A DNA stretch of 51,528 nt, counting the filler, from Sphacelaria rigidula (Eukaryota), in NCBI GenBank assembly GCA_964200075.2. It is 4 parts of 4 records of this genome, joined end to end, with 100 filler letters (N's around TTAATTAATTAA, not from the genome) between each part and the next. Parts side by side here need not be neighbours in the genome. Positions count along the whole stretch, not along the records: positions 12,908 to 25,714 come from CAXNAA020003401.1; positions 25,815 to 38,621 come from CAXNAA020003402.1; 2 more parts are not named here. One strand, given 5' to 3'. The notes beneath the pieces were generated by a model. It saw only the letters and a list, made by a program, of their open reading frames with translations, was not told the DNA's origin and did no database searches. Each line of letters begins with the position of its first letter. Position 1 is the stretch's first letter. Position numbers and translations under genes: made by a program. This document shows, piece after piece, positions 22,433 to 35,700 of the stretch.

Positions 22433-25400
22433 GTGTCTGAGACAGGCGGCGCGTCACTTGCGAAACCTGTGACGCCTCGAGGAGCTTCGGACGCAGAAGG
22501 TTTCATTTGATATGCGAGTAGTACGACTACTTATATCAAACAAAAGGAGCAAGTACTGGGGCGTCGCTGTTGGTGCTCATTCTTGTCGCGACAACTGGTA
22601 GTTAGTATGCAGCATGTACTTTATGCAGCAAGGCGAAGCGGTGTGTTTCGTTGCCAGCGACAAGATCTTGCGATTTGTTGAGCAATGATGAGGCGCGAGC
22701 TTCAGGCTCCTGCGCGTGTCTTCACCTCGCAAGTGTTTGGAGTTGATATAAATACTATTGATCGGAAGAGAGACATTTCCTCTTCCGAGGCTCGTTTTTA
22801 TTGGCTCCATCATCCCGTAGCCCTCCACGCATCGTCTTCCCGTGCCGTGCCTTGCCTTGCGTCGTCTTGCCTTGCCTTGCTGTATTCTGACTTGTCCGGT
22901 ATGCCGAACCATGTAATTTCCCTACGTTTGTCCTTTCGGTTTCCTATGGGCCACGCACCATGTAGCCGACGATTATTTTGCTCATTTGTTTCGTCTGTTC
23001 TTTCAAGTCGTACGTATATTCTTGTACATTTTACTACTTTCGTCGACATGTAGAACATGGCCAACACGAAGCTTCTTACGGGTTAAGTGTTGGGCCAGCT
23101 TTCCTCCTTTTTTCAAGGAAAAAAAAACATGGCCTTTTGGGCGCCGTGTTCCCATCCGTGTCCGTGGGCGAACGATTTATTTTTCCCTTGTATTCTGTTT
23201 TGTTGTACCATGAGCTTGTGACCACGGGCGTCAGATGTCTGGAGAAGTAACAGTGGAATGAGGAAACAGCGAGTTTGTATTGTTGCATGCGGTTCAAGTG
23301 GCCTTTTATGTGCGATTTCGGTGCGTACAGCACGAACCCGTAGTTCACTGTCTTGGCATGAATTTCGTTTGGGGAAAGTAGTTGTCTTGGATCATCCTTA
23401 CTCCTGTCAGTTCATGTACTGTATTTCTGGATGGAGTGTTTTGTGCTTGTCTCTTTTGCTAGGTGTGTGTGTGTGTGGGGGGGTTGCACCAATCTGTTAA
23501 TAGTGGGTTAGATGTTGCTTTAGAACGTCTTCCGCCGCGGGGTCCGAGAGGGTGGATGGGGGTGACCAGCTCGTTCCCCTTGGTGTAGTTGGGTATTTCC
23601 TAGGCTGTTGGAACACCTAGGTTGTTTCAGCGTCGTTGCGATGTGCGTGTTTCGTTAGAGGACGAAATTGAGAAAGGAATGGCATCCAGGCCATCGTTTT
23701 ATATTTTCATATATGTTTTTACGGAGCCAGGAAGTGTTGGACGTCGGACTCTCTCCGCGTGGGCTCATTTTCGGCCCGTTTATGCTGGTATTTTTGTAAA
23801 GTGAACAAGTGCGAGGCAAAAGTCGCACCTGAAAAAATTGCGATTGTGTTTCCGTACGTTCGAAATATGTGTCCCGGTTTACCGAGGAATCGCCACATCA
23901 GCACGTGACCCGTGGGGAAGCTTACACAGTATCTTCTGCATGTTCGTAGCCTATAAGTTGAAAAGTCTGGTGCGTGGATAGAGACTTCGATTTTTTCGGT
24001 CGCCTCGGTCCTTGGGAGTCAATTGTTTCAGTGCAGGTCTGTTCATGTATGTAAGGCAGGCGTTTGCCATCTTGGTGGTCTGGTTGGTTCGATTTCCGCG
24101 TGGTTGGGTGGGTTACTACAGTTGCCGATCTGTAGGGTAGTGGGACTGAGCGGGAAAGCATTGACTCAAAAAGTGAAAAATACTTTTTGCTTACAATGGC
24201 AACTCTATAGAGCTCTAGTAAAACACGCGCCCGTGTTGCGTGCAATTCTCCACTCCAAACAGAAGTCCGTAGGAAACGATGGACACTGGATATAGAACTG
24301 GCCATTGCCGAAAAACAGTCGGCGGAGTTTTCGCTGCTTGGCTTCCTCTGTTTCGTGCTCGCTGCTGGTCCGGCCTGCACGAAACATCGTTTTTGCGCGG
24401 ATATCTGACACCGTTTCTGCTCCCCAAACACGGCTTATCATCACCATGTGTACAGTATTGGCTGCTGAGGGAGGACGGCTTCCCTGTCCCCCAGCCAGGT
24501 ATTGATGAACGAGAAAATACTTTTTACAGGCGCATACAACACAAATGGGGCCCCGGATAGTTTCTTTCCATCAAAATCCGTGTTTCCCAACCTGCAAAGC
24601 ATTCAATGCGCATTGTTTTCTAATACGAACGGTAACTTGTCGATTTCTGTTCCGTTCTTCAAGGATTGTCAGATGCCAATCCCAGAAACGTTTGGTGTTG
24701 CTGTTCGATGGTATCTTCGGGTGTTTAACTGGACCCGAAACGGCCACCTTCCCTCAGGTTTCGACAGTCGTTTCAATTGTGTGGATGCAGTTCATAAAAT
24801 CAAACTCTCTAGCTTTCACGGGTGTTACGACTTCGGTGCATGTTGTTACCGTGACCACCTCTGAGCAGGCGGGAGTGCGTGCGGTAGAGCAACGAAAGGT
24901 AGCTATGATCCGGTTTGCCTGCCGTACTGCCGACAGCGTCGCGTGAAAGCCACAAGGCCCTTGCTGTCGGCGGCTAATGGCGTGGGTCTCGAATGCAACG
25001 ACATGCGGTTGATCGTGAAGCCTTCTCGTCTCCCCTCCCAACTTGAAATAATGCATGGCCTCCTGACATCGGAATATTTATTAATTATTGGAAGCTACTC
25101 GTACTGTTGTACCTATTATTTAGGTGTTTAAGCGGCCAGCGTGTGCTGCCGTTCGCGGCATGGGCGGACTCCTATGCGCAACGCTAACAACAGTTAGTTC
25201 ACCACCATAGGTATTTTTTTTCACTCCGCATGCCAAGAAGGTCTCTACAAATGTTTCATCTCTCATACACCCCCCTCAACCGGCGTGTGGCACGCTTTTC
25301 TGCTCGGGCACCCGGTTAGGGGGAGGTCGGGTAAAATCAACGATGAATGACACCCCCTAAGTTCAAGTTTGATCTATCTGTTATTGCCGCTGCACCGTCC

Positions 25401-25714
25401 TTGCTGGCATGTATGTGACAGAGAACAGTAGTAGCGGTGACGGGAACACTGCCCTATTTTTCAACATGTGTTTCAGCGCACAGAGGCGCGTCCTGACCAG
25501 AAGGAGAAGCGGAGAGAAATCGATATTCGCGTTCGTGAGCTCGACAGGCAAGAAGAGACGAACTCTCTCCGCACGTCGATGTTCTGGCACATGGAAAATG
25601 TGGCACATGCTGCAAGGGGCTGCGATTGTTTTTTTCAGGACACGTAGGCTCCAAGATAAAAAAATCGAGTTGTGGAGGGGGGGGGGGGGGGGAGCCAACT
25701 ATGGGTTGTTCTTT

Positions 25715-25814
25715 NNNNNNNNNNNNNNNNNNNNNNNNNNNNNNNNNNNNNNNNNNNNTTAATTAATTAANNNNNNNNNNNNNNNNNNNNNNNNNNNNNN
25801 NNNNNNNNNNNNNN
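25715..25814. other. Artificial scaffold spacer
   Basis: N44-TTAATTAATTAA-N44. Confidence 0.98.
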
Positions 25815-27674
25815 TCAACCCAAACATCAGGCGCTGTATGACCATTTTTTTCGTGACACTTTTGGGCTGGTTCTGGGGGGGGGCTATCGTAGAAAGTGTC
25901 GTGTCTGAAGCTATACGTATGCCCTTTCGTACATTCAATTTGACTCCCATAAGGTGAGGGAATCCGCTTTCCATCGGATTCCCTCATCTTTGAAGAACAT
26001 GATGCCGGAGTTTTTTTCGAGCCCTTGGAAAAAATCGCAAGGGCAGGGAATTTCCACCTATAAAATATTTGATTTTGACATATATATCCTGTAAAGCGTT
26101 TCCAGCAACAGAATTGATTTCCTGACACACCACCAGCGGCGGCACTTTACTTCTCATGGAAGTATACCTTCCTTTATCATTTCGAGAGGCGTTCGAAAAA
26201 AAATGGAACAAATTTTGATGACACCCGGGGGCAGTAGAGTTGACCAGCGTCGGGCTACAAATGTCAATGATTGGTTATTACTTGATTTGAGTCTGTACAA
26301 CGAGAATCAGATCTTCAGTAGGGCTGGCAGTCCCGTGTGCTCCTCGCGTGCGCACAACACGTTTTCGTTGAAATCGGTGCCACAGGCGCCGATTTGGCGA
26401 CCAAGGCCGCACGTTGCCTAGGGAATGCTATGTACCGCCCTTGCCCGAGACTTCTCGGTACGCGTCGGGTTGGGTTTAGGGTTAGGGGTAGCGATACTTG
26501 TAAAAATGTGTCACTTACGGACATTTGTAGCCCAACGCCGGTTAAGTAGCCTACCCGAGGGAGGCCGAGGAAAGCTCCCCCTCTCACCTGGTGAGAACCG
26601 TTTCGAACATACGAAAGGGGATACACACGGATTCAGAAACCGGAGCAACAGTGCGCGACAATGCAAGCACAAGGCAAGCGAGGGGAAGTTTCAACAGAGT
26701 ATTACAATCCTCTTTCGGAAGGTGCGTTCAGCCCCATCTGATAATTCAGCCCCATTTTCTAGGATCATTTCTCTGTTATATGGCACTGACCGGTGATCTA
26801 TCTCGATCGACAAACGATAAAAGGGGAAAGAGTATACCATTGTTTTGGGAAAGTGGATAAACCAATGATTGACAAACCCAAAAGCTTGAAGGGTAGATTG
26901 TTTCTTGATTGACGTTCCAAGCGCTTGAGGAGGGATGCTCTGTGGCCTCGGTGATTTTCTATACGACAAACGGGAACTGATAAAAATGAAGTCCAGTTGA
27001 AGAAAATGAAAAATAGAACACGGCTCGCGTTCAAGGCACGCCCCCGCACGTGTGTCACCCGTGTTCCTGAGCGCACCGGAAGGTGTGTGCTGTTGGTGAT
27101 AGTTGGGATTAGTAGGCCTTCATTTATCCCTGTCCAGTGTCATGAACTGGTACATGGTGCCATAGGATTGCAGCTGAGAAAATATTACTCAGAGGGTAGC
27201 GCTCGTGCGATGCCGCTCGCAGCTCCCGACTGTGCCGCTGTAACGGATTGCTAATGAAGTACCGAGTGCCTCAGCGTTGATTTCCCCGAGAGGAGTGCAT
27301 AACCTCCAGGAAAGTCTTTCTGTCAAGATTTGGCGATAAAGAGATTCCTTGGATGCATGTTTCAAGCGCCAGTAGCACCACGGTTATTGAAAATCGATCC
27401 TCAACAAAAGTTGGTCTTTGGAGGGTGTTATACACCGGTACTACGGCAGCGCTCTGTTGAGCAGCATCTAGGCGCCTGCTGTAGCGGCTCCGTAGACAAC
27501 TGCATATCTCATAAAGTGTGATTCAATTGAACCACAGCCGTTCCTTCGTCTCTATGAGTCAAATGGTGAATATTTTGTTGCTATTGTGCCCCGTTTTTCC
27601 ACACTGTAGTGTTGGACAGTACTCTGCCTCCACGCCGCCACGTGTCTGCCTTGCGGCGAAAGAGTGCTCATTAC

Positions 27675-28365
27675 TGCCCATCATTATCGACCCTGTTTTT
27701 TCAGAAATCTCTGAAATTTTCCAGACTGGCGAGGTACTTGGAGATTCTCCAATGCTTGCGAGCGGCGCGGCATGCACACCGGGCAGCTCTCCAGGGTGCT
27801 GCGTTGCAGTCCGAATTTTTCGGACTTGTCCAAAACTGAAGCTCCGGAGAAAAACTCTAGCCGCTTCGTTCTCGGAGAAGTCTGACCGTATCTCCGAGAT
27901 CTTCGAAAATTTCCGAAATCTCCGACATAAACAGCGTATACAATAAAACGAAGTAGGACTTAACGGCACTCTTTTTCCGGAGATCTCTGAATTTCTCGGG
28001 ACTGGGAAGGTACCTGATGACCCTCTAACGCTTGCGAACGCGGAGTCCGAAATGTCCACACGTCGGACAGGTCATGAGCTACCTGAAATAAGTTATCGAA
28101 GAGACCTCTCAGATCCATTGTACAAAAAAGACACGTGACAGCAGTGTCTGAGAAGCCACAGCGTCACCTTCCCGCTACACCGCGTTCTTGGCGTCCATCG
28201 CTGCCGGGACCTAATACGGAAATAGTGGCCAAATGAGGTAGCTCATGATCCGGATCAGTACTCTAATAAGAAGTAATATCCAGGTAGCTCATGACCTTTC
28301 CGACGCGTGGAAAAGTTTGAGAATTTCTGAGTTCTCCAAAAAAACAGCGTTGATAAGAATGGGCC
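27675..28365. mobile_element. Tourist/PIF-like MITE carrying a nested hAT-like MITE
   Basis: Imperfect ~45-bp TIR GCCCATCATTATCGACCCTGTTTTTT / AAAAAACAGCGTTGATAAGAATGGGC(C), followed by TAA; related to the 7325 TIR. Confidence 0.7.
28057..28309. mobile_element. hAT-like MITE copy 2
   Basis: Colinear with 13534-13788; diverged 8-bp TSD GAAATGTC / GAAAAGTT. Confidence 0.85.
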
Positions 28366-28565
28366 TAAGGCACTGATAAAACCGACAAAATGACTGATGC
28401 TCACGCAAACACCAGATAATGCTACGATAGCTTCCAGCAGTAATGCCATAATATTTTCACATCACGTCTACGGTTACGATAGGAGAATTTCTGTTATCCG
28501 CCTCACGCGTATGTTTGTGTCTATGCCCCTGCTGCGCCACGTAACAGCCAGAACTACAACCAAGA

Positions 28566-28833
28566 ATGGTTGACCCTGATGCTTCGCCACCTGAAGCAGC
28601 TGCAGGGCTTTTCTGTCGTTCCCCGATGACTTCTCTGGCATATCATCCGACGCCACCATTATTGAGCGCTGCGTGCAGCCTCGGGCATAAGGCGAAGGCC
28701 GTGGTTCTGTTGTTTGTGGTGCTGTTGTCGGAGGCAAGAGGGCAACAGATGAGCCCTGCCCAAATGCAGCAAATGATGCAGCAGCAGCAAAGTGGAGGGC
28801 AGGGTGGTCCCCCGGCGACACCAAACCGCATAG
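28566..28833 (+). CDS. Putative first exon of an unknown secreted or membrane protein (start codon uncertain)
   Basis: Hydrophobic KAVVLLFVVLLSEARG then Q/M-rich QQMSPAQMQQMMQQQQ; strong donor AG|gtgagg, phase 1. Confidence 0.5.
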
Positions 28834-30220
28834 GTGAGGCTCTGCTGATTTTTTTTTTTCATGTTTTTCAACTCTGGCATCGGGGTTGGCTCTTGGCGGT
28901 GCAGTGCAGCACATGCACTGTGTAACGGAGTGCACTTCGATATAGCTGCACTTTTCATGCCCCCCACTTTAGGTGCATCACTGATTTTACCTACCTATCG
29001 TTTATTTGGAGCAGATCAAAATGATGGTCCCTTCCGAAACAGGCCGTATTTTGTGGTCTCTTATTTAGTCAAGTTTGTCTTCGTCCAGCTACATGTAAAT
29101 TTTCCCGGAAAGTTGTGGCTGACATAGTCGTAAAATCTCCTGGTTGGTGTCTTCGGCTTCCACTCCGACGTCCTTGTGTCCAACGCACGCTGCACACATT
29201 GTGCCCAACACACGCTGCACACATCGAAGTGCAGTCACGACACAGCACCGGTGCGTTCGGTATCCCTGTCCCTCCTCCAATCCCAAAGACACGCAGAATC
29301 AAAACAGGGGACCATATACTTGTGGCTCGCGCGCTTGACCCTACTTTTCGCAACCGCCGTAATATGTCTATACTCGCATGTTATCGTGTGGTGATAACAG
29401 TGCAGTACACGTGCGTTCTCCTCGTTTCCCCCCCTTGGTCCCATTGTCACGAACAACCACAGGAGGCAGGGTGAAGACTTTTGTGAAACGGATGATCTTG
29501 ACCCTACTTGTCGAAATGATAAATTTATACATAGGAAAGAAAGTCGAGTGTAGACGTCGATGCGTGTCAACGAACCCGCATGCAACGGAAGACTATTAGG
29601 TGAACCTACTGGCCCCTCCGGATGGCTTAAACCGACGCCTAACGCCACTGTCCGTTTCATCGGGCGCGCCCTCGTTGAGCAAATACCGCTGCTGCGGCGC
29701 TTGGCATACCACACGGCGAGAATGTACATGACAACATGTAGACACCAGGACCAGTCAAAGATACTGCAAGATGAGTGTACTCCCGCAAAAAAACGATGGT
29801 GCGTGAGTTCTTGATCTCCGTGTATCGATAAAATTCGAGAATTGGCGTCTCCCGTGCCGCTGTGCATCACATGCCCTTTTGAAGTGTGCAGCGTAATCCC
29901 CACAACAGGCATAGTGGCGTTTTTCTGAGTATTTCGTTCGTGCATTACTCAGCGGATATTGTGCCCTGGTCTTGGTTCGAACCGCTGAATTTCGCAAAAA
30001 AGCACGACCTATGCTCACACACAATAACACACACAATAACACAGTTCGAACATCTACGCAACTGTACACCTGCGTCCGCGACCCATGAGTAGCCACTGCA
30101 GTACCTCCAATAACGCAAGACGTCAACAGCCGTGTATCTTGTTCTGATCGCCTCGCTACGGTGTTCTGAGACGACGGGGTGCGCTGAAAATCAGGCAGCA
30201 GCACATAAAATCTTCTGTTG

Positions 30221-30300
30221 CTGTGCTGTGCTGTGCTGTGCTGTGCTGTGCTGTGCTGTGCTGTGCTGTGCTGTGCTGTGCTGTACTGTACTGTACTGTG
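30221..30300. repeat. (CTGTG)12(CTGTA)3CTGTG pentanucleotide microsatellite
   Basis: Read directly. Confidence 0.97.
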
Positions 30301-30899
30301 CCGTCCCTGTGAAGCCCTAACCGTCAGCGATCACTGGTACCCACGAACGACAGAGGTCACATGTACCATCCTTCTCGTGTTGTACCCTACTGCTTTGTAC
30401 CCGTTCCGCGTGATTCATAATTCTTCGGCGGGATGTCGATGCCTAGCCGCTGCTTTTGGCCTTCGGCGTTTTCCACTTCCTCGAGTTCTTCGTCCGATTT
30501 TTTTGTGATTCCAGTCGCCGATGCAGTTTCTTGAAAGTCTGTTGAAACTTGCACAAGAGGTGGGGTGAGCTCTGTCGGTACTGCTACGATCGTATGAGTC
30601 AAGGGTGTCTACTCACATCAACTCGCAGCAGCAGTAAACAAAGCACGATACTAAGGGTCGCCGCTGCACGCCTCCACATGAGCTCGTCAGTTCTGACGCG
30701 TTTCACGGGATTGATGTGGTTACGCGCGCTTGCGGTAGGTCCGCAGCGAGGCAGCACCACGGAGCGCGATTGAAGTTGCAAAGCCGGTTGGGGTAGGGTA
30801 CCGTATCCCAGAGGACTCTGGGTTTCCAAGGTATTTGCAGCATTGAGTGCCGCAGGGCACCTGGGGCACTGGCAGGAGGAATGCCGTCGAGGGTCCGGA

Positions 30900-31400
30900 T
30901 AGTCGATTGATTGATGTGATTGATTATCGCCCACTGACTGATGCCCGAGTGACCACGCCATGATCGCAGAAGAGACGTACCCAGGGTAAACGAGACCGAA
31001 AAGCTCGTACAGAAAACGACAGGTGGAAAGGTAAGATAATGCAGCAAACCAAAACGGAGTATACTTGACAACAACAATACAAAATAAAACAGAAATAGAA
31101 CAAAACGAAGCAGAAAGAAGAAATAAAACGAACCGAGAAGAGCTAGAATATATATATATATATATATATATGAATAATGACGGAATATAAGTTTAGATGG
31201 CTGGCCTCGGCAGTATGGTTTCAGGTACAGAAAGGCCGTGCTAAAACAAGCGCATGCATCCATACACAACACAAAACACCAAGCCCGTGGGAGCAGATTG
31301 CGGCTCAGCTATTTCGGCTATATTATTTGGGTATGAGCTCTCCTCCATGAGCCCTGCGGACGCAAGGCACGAAACTGCTACCTGTAAAACACTGAGGGAA
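30900..31400 (-). repeat. Divergent LINE 3' end and 3' UTR fragment with (TA)n
   Basis: Minus strand GGGTACGTC...TGGGCGATAATCAATCACATCAATCAATC, a variant of the RTE tail; extent approximate. Confidence 0.6.
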
Positions 31401-32137
31401 GAAACAGCCAGAGAAGGAGGGAGATGAAATAGAGAAGGAGAGAGCAGTTTCTGTATTAACCTTGCTCTCCCCTCTCATCCCTAGTGGGGTACAAAACGAG
31501 ACACTCTCAACCGATTCCATCCTGGGTCCCTTGCGAGCTGTTTCTGTTATTGTGTCAGCGGTGGCGGTTCTCCGATTGCATGTAGCAGCGTCTCGTTCCT
31601 GGCGTCGGTCCGATTTTCGTTTTTTTGTCTCGTCGCCACGTCCCTTCGAAGTACAGGCTGGGCCGCTCAAGTAACCACTTTCCTTCAGCCCGTTCTAACT
31701 GACGATGCATCGCGAGTTGTGCCTACTTTGACACATCGCGGTGATGTTAATCAACGCCCGTCTTTCAATCCATGTAACACTGCGATCCGACAAGTTCCCA
31801 TCGAACGAAATACCAAGCTGTTGTCAGCTGCCAAGTTTAGAGAGTTGAGGGTAATATGTGCGGCGGAATTATGGAAATAATCCCGGCTGAAATCGAATTT
31901 TCGGTTGCAGTCGGTTGTGCCACGGCCGCAAAGTGGTGGTGACGCACAAGTTGTGATTGTCCAACAACGCATGTTGTACTGCAGGTGCGCAGTGTCTGAG
32001 ATGGCACGCAGACAAGGCCCCCCGTGCGCCAAGGCGTATGCTGGGTATTAGTGTGTGAACTGGTGAGCAATGGGTGAAGAAAGCTTGTAGAGAACGTCAA
32101 AGTTTTCTGGCTGAGGTTGTACTCTAAAAGCAAGTCG

Positions 32138-32775
32138 ACCGGTTTTTGACAGAAGAACGCGGTTGCGCTGCTCATTTTCGAGACGTTCACTATGAAATTT
32201 TGACACGATGCACATGAGGTATGCGCAAAGTCGCTACTGAAGGGAACATTTTTTTCGGTACAACACACTGGAAAACTAATAAAAAAAAAAAGTCGGAGGG
32301 GGGGGGAGGAATAGGGTCTTCGAAGTATGGTATTTGGACATACCTCATGCACATCGCGTCAAAATTTAATGGAAAACAACTTGAAATTGAACAGCGCCAC
32401 GCGGTTCAGAGTTTCCTGTTCACGTCGTGGCTGATCCATCTCCACACCGGAACCGGTTTTCGACACGAAATTGCGACTTCACCGGGTAATTTTAGGTCGT
32501 TTACTATGAACGTTTTGACACCATATACAGGAAGTGTGTGGGATGAACCCATCTTTCCTCCCCTACATTTTTTGTTTTTCCTCGTGAGTTAGTGACGACG
32601 GAGTAGTTCAAAACAGTTTTTTCAGAACTAAAGCGCAAATAATTCTCGAACAAAAACTAATGTAGGGGAGAAAAGATGGGGTCTTCGCACATACGTCCTC
32701 TACATTGTGCCGAAATTTCATTGAAAACGACTCGAAATTGAGCAGTGAAATCGCGTCTCAACGTTCCTGTTCGCA
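32138..32775. repeat. Two tandem ~315-bp palindromic units
   Basis: Both units start ACCGGTTTT(T/C)GACA (32138, ~32452); each has long inverted arms (32155-32229 / 32333-32407 and ~32472-32575 / 32650-32757). Confidence 0.7.
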
Positions 32776-35700
32776 TCTTGGGCGGCCCAGCCTGTATTCC
32801 CCCTCTTTCTCGGTTCCAAGATGCCGTTTGGCGATGTTCTTCGCCGCAGTGACCCAATTGTGCGCGTCTTTGACGTCGACACCGTAGACGAGCCATTTCC
32901 GTGGTGCTCCTTTGCGTGGAAGCCTCTAGTGCACGTATGTTCTCCTGGAGGCGGTCTCCCTAGTGTTCGGGGGGCCGGCTAGCCTCCTTGGGCCCTCGTA
33001 CGTGTAACCGTCCGAACATGATGCGCTTTGGAAGACGCCTTTCGTCCTGCCGGACAAGGGCCCCTGCAAGCCGGAGGTGACGCGTGCGGGTGGTCGCCTC
33101 GATACGTTCGCAGCTGGCCATCCCGAGCATATATGTGTACGAATCAGTCTTGTAACCGGTTCGCTCCTTCCTGCGGAATCCAGCCACTCGCAGCAAAAGC
33201 TTGTGGTGGGCGACGCGCAGACTGTCGAAGTCTTCAGAACGTAACGTCCATGTGACACATCCGTATAGCACAGTTTCTACCACGTCCGCTTCAAGCAGCC
33301 TGAGTTTCAGAGATGAGCTGGGCGTTGGGCTGATCGTGGAGTTTGGAGCTATTATTTCGGAGGCGTGCCCACGCAGCGCTGATGCGATCGTTGAGTTCGT
33401 TGGCAATATTCGCGCTGACAGCACCACCACGGTAGACAATCCCGGCCTTCTGCTAATAATGTTAACCTGCCGCGTTGGTTTGCAGTGCGGTCTCTGCGGA
33501 GCTGGGTACTGACCACAGGCGCATGGGCTCTCTCTTGCTCTCTGGTACCGCCAATCCGTACTCCTAACAGGTTGTCACCATCACGACCATCATTCCAGCA
33601 GGCCCGTCGGGGAACCTAGAGATTATGCCGACGTCATTCGCATATTGCATTCCCCACACCGTGCGTCGCACCTTCTCCAGCGGCGTCTCTGGCAGGAGTT
33701 CACCATCCTCACCTTTTGGCGCATTATCTATAAACACCAAGTCTGGGATGATGGCTGAGTCTGCCACGAGCCGTTGTAAGATCACGTCGACCAAGGCTGC
33801 GCCGGGTATGTTGAATAATAGCGGGGACAAAACACGTCTTTGCCTGAGCCCCTGGCAAACGTGGAACCACGCTAACAGTTGGCCATCATCCAGCTGTATC
33901 CAATCTCGCATGGGATCATGAAACATACGGATACCCTTGATCATCCGCACCGGGACTTCGAACCATGCAAGCACTTCCTACAGGAGCGTGTGGTCTACGA
34001 ATCGAAGTCCTCCCCCTAGGCCTCCACAGATTTTGCCCCGAAAGCCCAATTTAATTTTTTGAGACCCAAAGAGGGTGGTTTGGGAAATACATATATCTTT
34101 ATTTTTCGACCCATTTGCTTACTCGGGGAGCTTTGTTTTCAATCCTTTTTTGTAGCCCATTTGTGCGGAGCCAAATCGTACCCTCTGTCAGAACCATCAT
34201 TACCGACGCCCAAAATACAAGGCAGCAATGACAGGAGAGTATTGCGGCAAAATACGGAATGCTGAATTGGCTGAAGGCGGCGCGCCTGCCGGCCACGTGC
34301 CTAGGTGCCTGCGTGCCTGTCAGCCGACAACAAACCATCCATCATACCACCAACCGATTTGGAGGGCAGGGGACCGGGTGGTGGGTTTGTGAAATAGTTT
34401 TCGAACCGAGAAATAAGTCAGGGGCTGAAACACAATCGCAGCATATATATATATATATATCTAAGGCCGGAAAAAAGACAGAGCACCGAAAAAAGACAGA
34501 GCCCGGAAGTCTTATTTTTAGGACCCAGAAGCAAGAATGGAGGGAGCATACGGAGGGCAGGCCTGCCTGCTGCTGGTCTATGACGCACATGTTACGTGGA
34601 GCACTGCTCGCCCGTCCCAACTCCTGCAGTCGGCGTGCCACAAAGATCGTGTCGGTGGTCGATCGTTGGCGCCGGGATCAGCACTGTTCTTCCGGGAAGG
34701 CATGTACCTCGTCACAGAAACTACCAAGCCTGTAGGCTACGACTTTGAGACAATCAGCACGTGCCACGAGGGAGATGGCCCTGCAGCTACCACACTCGGT
34801 TCTATGCTTATTTTTTTCAGCACTTTGATAGTGTCATTTTTGCACTCCTTCGACATCTCGCAAGATCCACGAAGGTTCTTCGACCAACCTATTATTGGGG
34901 ACTTCAGCAGGTGGACCTCCCAGGCCCGTCGCTTTGCCGTTGGCCACAGCTCCCAGGGCCTCCTCAGTTTCAGCTGGGCTTGGTGGGTTTCCGTGTGACA
35001 ACCGACGCTGTCGGTCGTGGCGCAATGTTCTCAATGACGGCTAGATCGGTAGCTACCGGTGTGGTATTCAGCAAGGTGGAGAAGTATCGTTTCCACCTCT
35101 CACAAATTGGACTTTTGTCCCGTTTTAGATTCTCGTCCTCGTAGTCGACATACTAATTGATTCATCGTTTCGTCCCGCCAGACTCCACCCCCTCCTTTCA
35201 GATTGTGCACGACCCTCTCGTGTCCCCGATTCTCATAAACTCTTCCAATTCCTTCACAAGAGTTTCCAGGTACTTGTCCGCCCCAGCCGGAATTACCTTT
35301 TTTGTGTTTCCTGTAGGCTGCTCGCAATGTGTGCCATGCGGGGTCATCTCTCGGTCCTTTTCTCACCGTCAACCTCATCCTCTCCCTTTCATTCTAGACT
35401 TGCTCGAACTCTGGTCCGATGACAGCATCTTCGAACCACCCCGGGTGAAGGTGACTTTCGGGTCTCTGACGGGGCATTACCGTCTCAACGGAGCTTAGCA
35501 GTGTGTCGGCGAAGTTCGCAGCCGATGCACTGACTGTATCGCTAGTTCTAATCTGCTTGAGCTCGCTGATGATGAGCTGCGTGAATTGCTCACATCTACC
35601 AGTGTCAGATGTTATTGCCCGCCTGTCGATGGGTTTGCGCCCAGTGTCGGGTTGGGCAAGGTGTGTTGAGTGCGAAGCGGCCAAGAAGCTGCACTGTGGC

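Noticed and set aside
23900-25060. Stop-poor minus-strand frames suggesting a decayed gene
   Set aside because: No recognisable motif in any frame, and the true frame is ambiguous
30387-30680. Minus-strand signal-peptide-like MWRRAAATLSIVLCLLLL with a GTGAGT donor
   Set aside because: Nearby acceptors lead to a frame that stops quickly, and it would overlap the tentative plus-strand gene
31985-32035. DnaJ-like 'LRWHADK'
   Set aside because: HPD is not intact and no other J-domain helices are present
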